Shown here piece by piece: positions 1 to 11,899 of a DNA stretch of 64,000 nt (within the stretch, counting starts at the first letter, position 1; every line of letters starts with the position of its first letter). The notes below the pieces were generated by a model, which was not told where the DNA came from, ran no database searches, and saw only the letters and a program-made list of their open reading frames with translations. This stretch comes from Podarcis cretensis (Eukaryota), in the NCBI GenBank assembly GCA_951804945.1, contig OX638150.1, positions 90,768,001 through 90,832,000 on the forward strand, read 5' to 3'. The translations under genes were made by a program, and so were the position numbers.

Positions 1-1442
1 CAAGGCAATCAGGTTTGGAAGGGAAGGGAGAGCCAGAGGGTAGCACTCCAACTGTTGTGTTAAATTATACCTGCTAATTCATTCTGCTCCTAAATTGACT
101 CTGGTGCCAATGAACAATAAATACCATAGAATGCACTTGACTGCTGATTTGAAGAAGCTCAAATTTGTAATAGATTTATAACAGATGCTTTCAGAGATGT
201 TGGTTTAAAGGATTATGTGGTTTTTAATTGGACTGCCTTCCTTCACCCTTGCTTTCCTTCTACTGGCAAATGCACAGATATATTTGTTGCTGCTTCTCCT
301 CTTGGAGGGACCTTCCCTATGGTTAGAAAATTGGGCAGGTTGTATGCACACTGAGTCTTGAGGATATATGCTAAACGTGACATCCTCCTTTTTTACATTA
401 AATTAGTGTATACTATAGAACCCTAGCCCTAAAGAGGCTATAGGGATGGTGAAAGGCCATATTTCTATACAAATCATACAAATAATTCTCTCACATCTGT
501 TTTTTGCACCCTGCACCCAGGGCAGGTGACTGGTGCCAGAAAATTTTGACTGGTTCTCAGCACACTCCTTATCTGACCTGTACAGGGGAATGAGGTGGTT
601 GAATGGGCCATACCACTTATACGTAAAATTTTCTTTGTTAGTAAAACAGAAACACATAAACTAGCACAGCAGAGAGTAGACTGCTATAATAATCCTTTTG
701 CGTGTGCTTTTTTTAAACACGAGGAAAGCTTTTTTTTTTTTTTTTAAATGGCATCCTCCACCAGCATTCTGAAGTGGTGCAGGGTCATCCTGGAATTCTG
801 CCACCTCACTCGACAACACTTGTGAAACAGAAAACGATCCTTCTCTCCTTTGTGAGCAGGAACAGAGGCTTTAGCAGCATTATCTCTTTACACCCTCAGC
901 CACTTCTATTTTGCCTAGGTCTGCGCTTGCACACGAATGTTAGCAGTTGAGGGGCATAAAGAGAAAAGTTCACTATACTTGCTTTAGTGTTGTGGCCAGA
1001 CCAGAAATCATGGTTTGTCTTACTCCAAATAAACCACAATGTTAAGGCAAGGCTTGTTTGTCTGAGTGAAACAAACCACGATCCCTAGCACTTGATACTT
1101 TATACCACGTAACATGCTGTTTGCAAACTGAGGCCAGTAGGATCACATGTTTCCTATTTGACTTACTTCTTCAACAACTTGTAAGCACTTATAATGGTTT
1201 CTGCAGAGTGGTTCTACCTTAACTTGATGTTCTTATTCAATAAGGGCTTCGAGTCTGTATGACACTGTCTGCCAGCTTCTGCATTCCGAGACCTTGTATA
1301 TCTTAAATTTGCTGCTCCCTGCAGATTTACCATTTCTTAGCTTCCGTGAAGGAAATTAATGTACATGTATAGTGCACAACCCTAGCCCTAAAGAGTCTTT
1401 AGAGCTCTTTATATGTTACATCTGGCTGTTCAGCAAAGTTCA

Positions 1443-1560
1443 TTATTTACGACATTTATCTCTTATCTTTTTTCCATCATGGAACTCAAGGAAGTATAGA
1501 AATGGTTCCCAGGCAATCTTCCATCCAGGCACTGACTTGATCCAAACCTGCTTAGCTTCA
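1443..1560 (-). mobile_element. Short SINE relic with a 5S rRNA-derived head and an L2-type tail
   Basis: The reverse complement of 1506-1559 (GAAGCTAAGCAGG...TGGATGGAAGATTGCCTGGGAA) aligns with the 5S internal control region and is followed by an AT-rich tail. Confidence 0.6.
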
Positions 1561-2334
1561 ACGCATATAGACTGCTCTTCAAGTGCAACTTCTTTCACTC
1601 ATCACTGGGTGTGATTTGAAGATTTAATGGAGCAAATTCCATGCAACACTAATTCACTCTCCATGAGGTCATCCTACACAGAGGGATGCACTTGGAATGC
1701 CTGAATTAATCTTCAGCAAGGATGCAGGGAAAGCAATATATATAGTGGAGCAGCAGTGAATATTAGATCTGTATCATACTTCATTAAAAAGTCTGACATC
1801 ATTGACTAGGCTACCATATGAATGTGAAATACTTTATCCTCCCCAGTAACTGATGTGATTGATGCGAAACTGTTCTCCAAGTGTGCAAGCTGTTCCTGGT
1901 GGATGTAGGGTGTTCACTGAAATAGAATGCACTTGCTGTGCTGGGTATATCTGGAAGAAATTGCTGCAGCTGGATAAACCTCTCTAATACCATAGGTTTT
2001 TTACATAAACACAGCAATGCTGTGCAGTGCTCCTTATCACAGATTTCATGGAGGAATAAGACCATCAGTGGTTACTAGTCATGATGGCTAGATACTACCT
2101 TCACCAGTGGAGGTGGCATGCCTCTCTGATCATCAGTTGCTGGAAAACATAAGTGGGAGAGTGCTACCATGCTTATGTCCTGCTTGTGAAAAACAGGATG
2201 TTGGACTAGAGGAGCCTTTAGTCATCAGAGCTGCTTTTATGTTATAAGAGCTTAAAATTTGGTATGCAAATGCAAGAATTGGGATGGCCTGTTCACCTTT
2301 TTAAAAATGTGTGTACCATTTTGATGTTTTTCAG

Positions 2335-2463
2335 AGGCAAGCAAAATACTCAGAAAATAAGCTGAAGTGCACTAAAGCTAGGAACGATTATCTGCTGAAC
2401 CTGGCAGCAACAAATGCAGCAGTCAGTAAATACTACATCCATGACGTCTCAGACCTGATTGAT
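2335..2463 (+). CDS. SRGAP3: SRGAP3 exon 6 (129 nt, F-BAR): RQAKYSENKLKCTKARNDYLLNLAATNAAVSKYYIHDVSDLID
   Basis: ttttcag|AGG...GAT|gtgagt; phase 0/0. Confidence 0.96.
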
Positions 2464-3101
2464 GTGAGTTTGTGAGTTATTTCTCTCTCTCTCTCCCAAG
2501 CTGGCGGCTGCACCAGACATCCTGTTTGTGTCTCTGAGCATGTCAGTGCTGTAGAATTGCCTTGCTCCTGTGGTGTTGCATTGTTGATTTAACATTGTTC
2601 GCTACCCATTACGCACAGAACCAAGATACAGCGCTGCAACGTTCAAATCAACATTTTTGAATAATTACTTATGTCTAGCTCAGTATATTTATACATCCCA
2701 GGACTATGATCTTCTGTAGGACATGTGAGTGGATGTAGAGACTCTCACTGTGTTTATCATACCATATCACCTGGCAGCTGGGTTTTTGAACCACTGGTGT
2801 GTTAAAACTGGGCTGAACTTGGACATGCAATGAGTGCAGAACGTAGGGATCTCAGTGGTAGATACTATTTATTTCTCTGAATACAAGATGAAGTGTGTTG
2901 GAATAATTCTATAGGGAGAAGACCAGTCAAGGGCTTGAATTGGAATTTGAAATTTGATCAGGTATGACTGGAGCCAGGTAGAAGCAAAAACTACTGATGC
3001 TATAGCCCAAAGAGGTACAAGAAGAGGTACTCGGGTGGGAGCTGAAAGAGAAAGTGGGAATCTTTTCTCTGGCCATTCATGATCAATTAGATTCTTTTAT
3101 G

Positions 3102-3870
3102 TAGTGCCTTTTTTGTAGAAAAAAAGGTGTCGGTACTCATCAGGACATACCCTTTTTGGCAGCGGCCGAGCAAGCCAATCGGGCACCCAGGGGTGGGGCC
3201 AGCTGCCTGTGGGGGGTGGGATGACCTGGGGCAGGACGCTCCATGGGGCCTCCGAGGAGTCCGCCTGCCTGCTCCCATTCAGCCGTCCTACAGCTGAGGG
3301 GAAGGCGGCGGGCGGACCGTTTGGGGCAGCGCGGAGCTTGCGGGCACCCAAGCCACCGCGTCACTCCCAGGAGAGATGCGTGACTTGGGCGCGCTGCATG
3401 CCCCATGGTGAGTACCGCCTGGCATTTTGTCAGCCCCCTCAGTGATGACACCCAGGGCGACCCGCCCCCACCGCACCCCCTTCCTCCGCCCCTGCTTCTC
3501 GGCCCACTGGCTATGGCTACTGCTAGGCAGGTCATGCTGTGGGCTGGGCTTGGTGCGGGATGAGTGCCTGGAGCTGGACGCTGCTGCTATGAGATGTGGC
3601 TTTCCACCTCTGCACCATCTGCGAGGGCTTTGAGGAAGGCTGTGTCTTCTTGGTGCTGCCCGGCCCCCGCCATGGACCCAGCTCGCCTGCTGCCCACCTT
3701 CCCCTGGCCTTGGAGCTGGCTCAGTGGCAGTGGCAGGTGCAATGGCAGCCAGGTAGCTTCCAGCCTCTGTGCCTCCACAGGATGAGAATGAGGAGGAACC
3801 ACCGCCTCTGGGGCTGGCAGTGCTGAGGGGCCAACTGCTGTGGGCATGAGAGAAAAGGCACACTCTCCCC
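3102..3870 (+). mobile_element. GC-rich non-autonomous DNA transposon relic (hAT-like left end; right end not found)
   Basis: 3102-3140 resembles the left end of the element at 38556. The GC/CpG-rich body sits in an AT-rich intron. Right boundary is approximate. Confidence 0.45.
3160..3494. mobile_element. Non-autonomous hAT element nested in the element above
   Basis: TIRs CAGCGGCCGAG / CTCCGCCCCTG; degenerate 8-bp TSD ctttttgg / cttctcgg. Confidence 0.7.
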
Positions 3871-4667
3871 ACACGCTCGCTTTAGAAGCCAAGATATCGC
3901 AGTGTACCAGTTTTGAGATTTGAGGACCACCAGAAAAAACCCACTCCTTTATGGAAGGCTCGAGAGAGAGATGGCACCTGTTATGCCAAAAAACAGGCAT
4001 TTCAACTCAGAGGCTCATATGTTGGTGGCTGACCCTTACAGAGGCATCTGCATAAGAATTCATACAATGTGTCAAATAAAATAAGATAAATCTAGTTTCT
4101 CTTATAGGCTTGGACACTAGGAATCTCTGGATTTCATGTACTTTACACTTATTCATTCTACTTCAAAAGAGCCTTGTAAGCACATTGGATACTGGGAATG
4201 GCTCAAGATAAGGCTGACCATATGTATTCATGCACTTGTTCTGTCCAATGATGCAAGAAATAAGGTTTCTACAGTTTTATGCTGGGAAATCTGTCTTGCA
4301 GTAAGGCATTTCTTCTCGTTAGTGGGATATAAATTGACTTCTGTTTGCTGTAATGGCCATGTAAATAACAGTGGTCTGTGTATGAAGCCTTAGTTTTGGT
4401 TTAAATGTCACGTAAATGCATCTGGAAGGTAATGTAATTTAATTAATCCTCTAAATCATATTTATTGTTCCATGCTAGAATTAAAAGAGAAACTTGTTGT
4501 AGGATTTTGAAGTCTTATGAAGATTTTGAGATATTTTGGTAGACACGTTGGATGGAGCTTGTGAGAGTTTATTGAACAAAATGTTTTGAGCAATTTGTAA
4601 CCCCACTCCTTCTGTAAAAGGCTTAGCTTATTTTATTCATTCATTTACTTATTTATTAAAATATATA

Positions 4668-4814
4668 CAGGCGGTGACCATTTCATACAGGGGTACCATT
4701 CCTGGCCCTGTGTGCGTCAACAGAGCATGCATAAGTGTGCCCCTCCCCATTATGTCCACGTTCTGCGTGTCGGCAATTATGCATCAATTGGACATGCTAA
4801 AATGGTCACCACTG
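4668..4814. mobile_element. Tc1/mariner (Tigger-like) MITE
   Basis: TIRs CAGGCGGTGACCATTT / AAATGGTCACCACTG; TA on the left flank. Confidence 0.65.
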
Positions 4815-5011
4815 TTTTATATAATTTTTATTTCATAAAAACTATGAGTCATGCATAAAATCATGCAGTAAAAATTATATAAAAAATTAAAACCAGAGAT
4901 CAGCTAACTATTATTGAAAGACATATTCTTAATTGCCCGTATAAACCTGGAGGAATAGAAGAGTTTTCAGCAGGTGTTTAAAGGTTGAAACAGAAGCGCC
5001 TGCCGAATCTC

Positions 5012-6242
5012 TTTTTTTTTTTTTTTTTTTTTTTATTAAATTTTGACATAAATATATTTCACAAACATACAAAAGACAAAATGAAAAAGAAAAAACAGAA
5101 AAAGAGAAAAAAAACAGACAAACAAAACATGAAATACATACAACTTTGATGACATTGATCGACTTCCCTTTATCTCGATTTCGGAAATTATTATCTTGTT
5201 TATCTATCTGCTGTGTCTATTCCTTAATAAAACTTTTTACGTAGTAAGCGTTATCTCATGCCTACTGTGATTTCTATAAGTACATATGTGTTTCTGATCA
5301 ACATTTTAATTTTCCCCTTGTCTCTATTTCCATATATATCCTAAATTTATCCCATTCATTGTTAAATTTTGCACTTCTTTGATTTCTTATTTTCTGTGTC
5401 AATTTAGCCAGCTCCAAATAATCGGATAATTTAAGTTGCCACTCCTTTAGTGTTGGGATTTTTGGTGTTTTCCAGTACTGTGCTATGAGGGTTCTGGCGG
5501 CCACCGTTGCATATTGAAAAAAGGTTCTATCTTCTTCTTTGATATCCTTACCAATTATCCCCAGCAGGAAGGCTTCGGGTTTTTTAACAAACGTGTATTT
5601 AAGAATTTTTTTTAATTCATTATAGATGGATTCCCAAAATTTTTTGAGAATCTCGCACGTCCACCACATATGAATGAATTCGCCCTCCTTGCTCTTACAT
5701 TTCCAACACAGTTTATCGCCCGTTCTATACATTTTATGTAGTTTTACCGGCGTTATGTACCATCTGTACATCATCTTATACATGTTTTCCTTTAGTGTCG
5801 TGCATGCTGAAAAATTCATATCTTTACACCACAATGCCTTCCATTTATCAAACTCTATGTTGTACCCTAGGTCTACCGCCCACTTCACCATTACATCCTT
5901 TACTTCCTCGTCCTTGGTGTCCCACTCAAGTAACTGGTTGTACATTTTTGATAATAATTTTGTTTTACTTTCTATTATTTCAATCTGAAATCTAGATTTC
6001 TTGTCATTTATTCCGATCTTATTATCTTCTCTCCACATTGAATTAATTTGATGGTATTGAATCCAGCCAGTCAGCTTGCTTTTTATTTCTTCATAAGGTC
6101 TAATCCTCCACCCGGATTCTGTTTTGGTTAGTAAATCTTCATATGTCCATCTTTCCCCCTCTATATTTAATTTTTTAATTGTTAAAATGTCTATTGGTGA
6201 TAACCACCAGGGCGTTTTCTGCTCCAGCAGTTTTTTATTCCT
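5012..6242 (-). mobile_element. 5'-truncated L1-clade LINE (ORF2 C-terminus, 3' UTR, poly(A)), very young
   Basis: Perfect 16-bp TSD GCGCCTGCCGAATCTC (4996-5011 and 6243-6258); poly(T) from 5012. Frame is open from 6242 to 5298 (314 aa) with the CCHC motif CWKC-x8-H-x4-C. Confidence 0.93.
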
Positions 6243-7149
6243 GCGCCTGCCGAATCTCGATTGGCAGGGTTTTCTATAGTACTAGGCCAATGATACTAAA
6301 GGCTTAGATTCTTGTTGCTGTCAAATGAGCCTTGCCAACTTGGGGAAAAGCCAATAATGCTTCTTCCGATGATCTCATTTATCCAACTGGGATGTAAGGA
6401 TTCAGGCGGTCCCTAAGGTATCCTGGACCTAGGTTGTTCAGGGCTTTGTAGTTCTGCTCCTTCAGAGGGTGTTTAACCCACCCGGAACAGGTAACTTACC
6501 TGTCTCCGAGACAGGGAACCACCCACCCAAAGAGCCTCCGAGAGCCTTTGAGATTGATTTGCACCTCAGGTTTCCTACATTTTGATGTACGACGTTTTTA
6601 TTTTCATGGAGCTGAATCTCTGGTTTCCTGGAGAGCTGCCGAATGCCAGTTTAGCTCTGGCTGTTTTTATGTCATTCCCCTCCAGTATATTTCCTTTCTG
6701 ATACTTCCATTGGAGTCAGCAGATGGTTTTTATTCCTCACTCCAGGAAATCCCTTTAGGGGACTGAAACCAAAACATCTTTGATTCAGTACAACTAAATT
6801 TGCCTAATTATATATTCTTCTTGCCTGAGAAAACAAAGTGTTATTAAGGATGCATGAGCTGTATACGTGTGTCCTAATTTCAAGTTCCCCAAGAGAAGAG
6901 CTGTTTGTTTGAACAGACTTTCATACATGTATAGTGTGCTTCAGAAGAGCCTTATAGGGCAGAGTTCAGAATATCCCAATATAAATGGAGTAGACTCATT
7001 CCCTCAGTTAGACATCTTCCAGGACTTGTAACATCAAGTTTTGAATTCCACAGTGTCCAATAAACAAGGAATAATATTGGATTTCCTGAGTCAAACAGGA
7101 ATTATTTACATTTGGGCAGTCCTCATTTTAACCTCTGCTCACTAAATTA

Positions 7150-7230
7150 AGGGAAGGACCATAGGTCAGCAGAGGAGCACATGCTTTCTATGCAGAAAGT
7201 TTGTTTCAATCCTAGACATCTCTAGATTAT
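7150..7230 (+). mobile_element. Degenerate tRNA-derived SINE head
   Basis: A-box-like (ataggtcagcagagg) and B-box-like (gtttcaatcc) remnants. Confidence 0.4.
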
Positions 7231-7744
7231 AAGAAGCAAGACTAAGGCTGTGTACAAACTCCCATTTACTCTGCATCTGGTGTGTTCCCACTGCTGGTTT
7301 GAGAAAGGGTGTACACACAATGTTAGCCACAAATTCTATCCCGTCGTTTCTTATGAAATACTGTTTTTACTTCCTCTTAGTACCATTTTGCAAAAGGAAT
7401 GATTTACTTTCTCCCCATGCCTATCTAGTGAGTTAATTGCTAAATTGGGATTTTCTTTGCCCAGAACATGACCATATTGATTCAATGTTTTATGCCCCCA
7501 AAGAAGTGTGCCACATCAGATTTCTGAGTCTTGTCTTGGTTCTAGACCTCTGATTGATCATGCAACTTTGAGATGAGATTTAAAAAGTAAGGAATTTGAT
7601 AGTATTAGGATATTAAGTCTTAACAAGATACATCCTAGGCTAAAGCAACTGATACTGGTAATTGCATTTCTTTCATTTCATTTCATTTCATTTTTTTTTT
7701 TTTTTGGGTAGTTTATACACTTGAATACACAGCACATTTTCACA

Positions 7745-8106
7745 TAGCCCTTAGCCGGAATGGAGTCTAAGGAACTGAGCTAAGTAGTGATGACACAATG
7801 TGAAGTCCTAGGCCTTATTGTCAAAATAAAAACTGACAAATCACCAGGTCCGGATGGCATCCACCCCAGAGTTCTTAAAGAATGCAAATGTGAAACTGCT
7901 GATCTTCTAACAAAAATATGTAACTTATCCCCAATATCAGTCTCCATACCTGAGCACTGAAAAATAGCCAACAAAACACCATTAAAAATAAACACCTTAA
8001 GGGATCCAGGGAGGATCCTGGAAATTACATACCAGTTAGCCTGCCCTCTTTTCTGGGTACATCTTATCTCACTAACCTATTATCATTCTTTGAGAATGTC
8101 AACAGC
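7745..8106 (+). mobile_element. CR1 LINE RT-region fragment, degenerate
   Basis: Translates to EVLGLIVKIKTDKSPGPDGIHPRVLKEC...LTNLLSFFENVN, with a stop and an internal deletion. Confidence 0.85.
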
Positions 8107-8617
8107 ATGCCACTATGCAGATTGTGTTTAATCAAACTGTACACTTTGGCTTAGAGTTGCACGCAAATGTGGCCATTATATTTTAATTTCTACGCAGAAA
8201 GCACTTTATACTTCGACTTTCATTGTACATTCAGGCCCTTTGGAACAAATGTTAAAATGCAAAAATGCTACAGAAGATTAGGTTACCTTTGGATTATTAA
8301 AGAAACTTCACATTAACTTGTGTATGATGCTGGCTCATAGTTAATAACTCTTCTTTTTTAGGATTAAAGATTAAAGAGCCTCTTAAATATCAATAACAGG
8401 GCTGCCAGTGTTGAATGGGAGCTCAGTTAAGTAAGCACCTTAAATGAGAAAGCTGAATGTGCATCTTAATGCAGTGTTTATTTACATCCACTTTCATGTT
8501 GTCCCAGTTACTAAGAGCTTGATTTTAAAGTAGGAAGTTTAATTTCGCAGTGTGTAATACCACTTGTAAACAATTGTTGAATACGAAGAATAGCTGCATT
8601 AACTATACTACCTTTTA

Positions 8618-8905
8618 ATAATAGTAATAATTTATTATTTATACCCCACCCATCTGGCTGGGTTTCCCCAGCCACTCTGGGCGGCTTCCAGCAGAATATT
8701 AAAATACAATGATTCATCAAATGTTAAAAGCTTCCCTAAACAGGGCTGCTTCAGATGCCTTCTAAAAATCAGATAGTTGCTTATTTCTTTGACATCTGAT
8801 GGGAGGGCGTTCCACAGGGAGGGCGCCACTACTGAGAAGGCCCTCTGCATGGTTCCCTGTAACTTCACTTCTCGAAGTGAGGAAACTGCCAGAAGGCCCT
8901 CAGCG
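8618..8905 (-). mobile_element. L2 LINE 3' end (abundant lacertid-type family)
   Basis: ORF end RAFSVVAPSLWNALP...FRRHLK, then 3' UTR and (TAT)n tail. Confidence 0.85.
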
Positions 8906-9194
8906 GTGTTTTGGGTCAGTCAGATATTTTTGGTAAACAATTTTGGAGGACATCAAGAGTTTTTATTGCATGGAGAATAGAATTTTCACTGTGTAGCAAA
9001 GGATGTGTGTGTGTCTGTGGCATTGACCATCTGCACTGGGCAAATGGTAGCTGGAGTGCAACATTCTCTAAGGTCGCAGGTTCCCCTTCCCTGCAGAAAA
9101 AGCTCTTCATGATCAAAAGCACACTTTTAACACAATTGTTTTGGATAGGTGTAATAGTGACTCTAGAGAAGCCTATAGGGAGCCTGATTCTTCT

Positions 9195-9640
9195 CTGGCT
9201 GAGTATTGTGTCTGTTTCCAGGCCCAATTCAGAATGATAGTTTTAATTTTTAAAGCCCTAAATGTCTTGGGACCAGATTTCCTGAAAGACCACCTTCCTC
9301 CCATATGTACCTACCTGAACCATAAGGTCCTCTTTGGAGGCCGTACTCTAGGTATCTCTGCCAAATGAAGTGTGATGGACAACTACAAGGGGAAGGGCCT
9401 TTCCAATAGTGGCATCATGTTTACGGAATATCCTTCCCAGGGATGAATATTTAACAGTGTTGTGGTCTTTTTTGACACCAGGTAAAAGACCTTTCTGTTC
9501 ATCCAGGCCTTTTAATAGCTTATGTAATCTGGGTCTATAAGAGTAAAAAAAAAAAGCTGTTCTTAATTTTGGGTGAGTTTTGCTGCATTTATGTTGGATT
9601 TTTATTTTTTAATGGTTTGATGTTTAACTTTTGTTTTATT
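9195..9640 (+). mobile_element. Old L2 3' fragment
   Basis: VCFQAQFRMIVLIFKALNVLGPDFLKDHL resembles the L2 ORF2 C-terminus. Confidence 0.7.
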
Positions 9641-10263
9641 GGATAGCATACACATGTTACAGTAAATATTTATTGGAGCAAATTGATTGATGGGGGAATG
9701 GAATGGTGGCAGGAAGTTTTAGAGAGAAAACCAAGTGACTGGAGTAGATAGCTGAGAGAGATTTTTCGTGAGAGCCTGTTTTCTCGATTTGAGTTTTTCA
9801 TGAAGCAGTTTTCCTTTGGTTTAGCAGTGAGTTATAAACACAAATGCAGGAACTGCTGTATTTTGAAAACTGCCATTTAAAAAAAGAAAATGATGGCAAG
9901 AAGAGATATTCACTTGCTAATGTGCCCTGCTAGCTTTTAGCTAGAAAATTTTGTATTTGTGCCAAGGCCATGCTTGAGTGCTACTATATGAGGTGCTGGA
10001 GTTGTGGTACTAGAATTCATAGTGAAGCAATAATCTGACAGCTCAATCATGATTATAAACTACTACCAAGACTATGATGGCTCTTAAGCACAATAATCTC
10101 TTGGATCAAGTTGACTGAATTAAAAAGCATGCAAGCTTAAAAATTGCTGGTTTGAAAAATAGTTGGGAGCCCTTGTTCCTGAAAAAGGGAAGTTTGACTA
10201 AAGAGAAAGCAACATAAACTTATTAGTATCATAGTGAAGTTTTGTTTTGCACTTTTAGCTATG

Positions 10264-10494
10264 CAGTGGTACCTCAGGTTAAGAACTTAATTCATTCCGG
10301 AGGTCTGTTCTTAACCTGAAAGTGTTCTTAACCTGAGGCACCACTTTAGCTAATGGGGCCTCCTGCTGCTGCCGCGTGATTTCTGTTCTCATCCTGAAGC
10401 AAAGTTCTTAACCCGAGGTACTATTTCTGGGTTTGCAGAGTCTGTAACCTGAAGCATCTGAAACCTGAAGCTTCTGTAACCCAAGGTACCACTG
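10264..10494 (+). mobile_element. Tc1/mariner MITE (CAGTGGTACC family)
   Basis: TIRs CAGTGGTACCTCAGGTTA / TAACCCAAGGTACCACTG; homologous to copies at 22761 and 47622. Confidence 0.88.
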
Positions 10495-10496
10495 TA

Positions 10497-10720
10497 CAGT
10501 GGTACCTCTGGTTACGAACACTTCTGGTTACGAACGCTTCAGGTTACAAGCTTTGCTAACCTGCAAGTAGCTGCTCCTGGTTGCAAACTTTGCCCCAGGA
10601 TGCGAACGAAAATCACGCTCTGGAGGCCCCATTAGCGAAAGCGCGTCTCAGGATAAGAACGGTTTCAGTTTAAGAACGGGCCTCCAGAACGAATTAAGTT
10701 CGTAAACAGAGGTATCACTG
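10497..10720 (-). mobile_element. Tc1/mariner MITE, related family, opposite orientation
   Basis: TA-flanked, TIRs CAGTGGTACCTCTG / CAGAGGTATCACTG; body resembles the reverse complement of the 22761 copy. Confidence 0.88.
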
Positions 10721-11347
10721 TACTTACTGTTATCCCTGACTCCACCTCCCATTAACTGTTCTGCCTTCTGAACTGAAGGTGGGTGCCTTTGCTTTGGAAT
10801 AATACTAATACTAACACTAATAATACCTTTATTGTCAATGTACAACCTATGTACAATGAAATTAATCAAGCCTCCCCCCCCCCCAACTCATTGCACTCTG
10901 TGTGCTTGTCACACAGGGAATTGTTCTCCATTCCCTAGCTTACGGGGTTGTTCAGATAAAGTCAACAGCCTGGCAATAAAAAAGGAATAAACCTCTTCCA
11001 TCACGGGAAATTAGTTTCTCTCAAAAGATTCAGTGCAGTTTGAATGCACAGCTTTTACATTCCGCTCTTCTCTGCTGCTTCCAGCTTTGGAGGCTATTTT
11101 GCAATGCCACTGGTAATTTTAAGCCCTTGAACCACTCACTTCCTCTGTAGCTTCTGTGGAGGTTACTCCCCCCCCCCCCCGCCCACCTTTGTATGTGAAA
11201 CAAAGATGAGAAATACTTCCTGTCAGCAGGAAGTACTGGGCAAAGCTGCTCTGTCTCTTTGGTTATCAGACTCCTAGCTTCAAGTAGCAAAATGGCAAAG
11301 ACTTAAATGTGGCAGAGGCTTGTGTAATTTTCAGCGTTCTTTTAAAC

Positions 11348-11471
11348 CAGGGATGACTAACCTTTGGCCCTTCAGATGTTGCTGGACTACATTTTGCTTA
11401 GTCGTGCTGGTAGGAGCTGATGGAAATTAGAGTCCAGCAACATCAGGAAGGCCACAGGTAAGCCATCCCTG
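11348..11471. mobile_element. hAT-type palindromic MITE
   Basis: CAGGGATG...CATCCCTG termini; TSD ttttaaac / ttttagac. Confidence 0.8.
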
Positions 11472-11522
11472 TTTTAGACTGACTATTGCTAAAAAGCGTG
11501 CTCTGCCCTTGTTATGCACGGT

Positions 11523-11899
11523 GGGAGCAGGTGGCGTTGTGGTCGAAAACACTGAGCTTCTTGGGCTTGCCAAGGGTTGGCAGTTCGGCAGTTCGAATCC
11601 CCGTAACGGAATGAGCTCCCTTTGCTCTGTTCCAGCTCCTGCCAACCTAGCAGTTTGAAAGCACACCAGTGCAAGTAGATAAATAGGTACTGCTGCGGCG
11701 GGAAGGTAAACGGTGTTTCCATGCGCTCTGGTTTCTGTCATGGTGTTCTGTTGTGTCTGAAGCCGTTTATTCATGCTGGCCACATGACCCAGAAAGCTGT
11801 CTGCGGACAAACACCAACTCTTTCGGCCAAAAGCGAGATGCACCTCGTAGTCAAGTTTGACTGGACTTAACTATCCAGGGGTCCTTTCCCTTTCCCTTT
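11523..11899 (+). mobile_element. Sauria SINE (older copy)
   Basis: tRNA-like A/B boxes, shared core with the 36846 and 55943 copies, CCTTT-repeat tail; TSD-like cttgttatgcacg / cttgttatgtacg. Confidence 0.88.

Larger units (their letters stand above)
4628..6450 (-). mobile_element. L2-type LINE 3' fragment, interrupted by a MITE and an L1
   Basis: TTATT/ATTC-type tail at ~4628-4667. Sequence on either side of the L1 is continuous and resembles the L2 3' end at 8618-8905. Boundaries approximate. Confidence 0.55.

Noticed and set aside
1506-1559. 5S rRNA gene
   Set aside because: Partial, diverged and attached to a retroposon tail.
3087-4000. Cluster of overlapping ORFs suggesting a nested gene or retrogene
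   Set aside because: GC-rich transposon-like DNA with no recognisable domain, poly(A) tail or retrocopy TSD.
5298-6038. 246-aa ORF as a host gene
   Set aside because: It is the L1 ORF2 C-terminus, truncated, without promoter, EN or RT.
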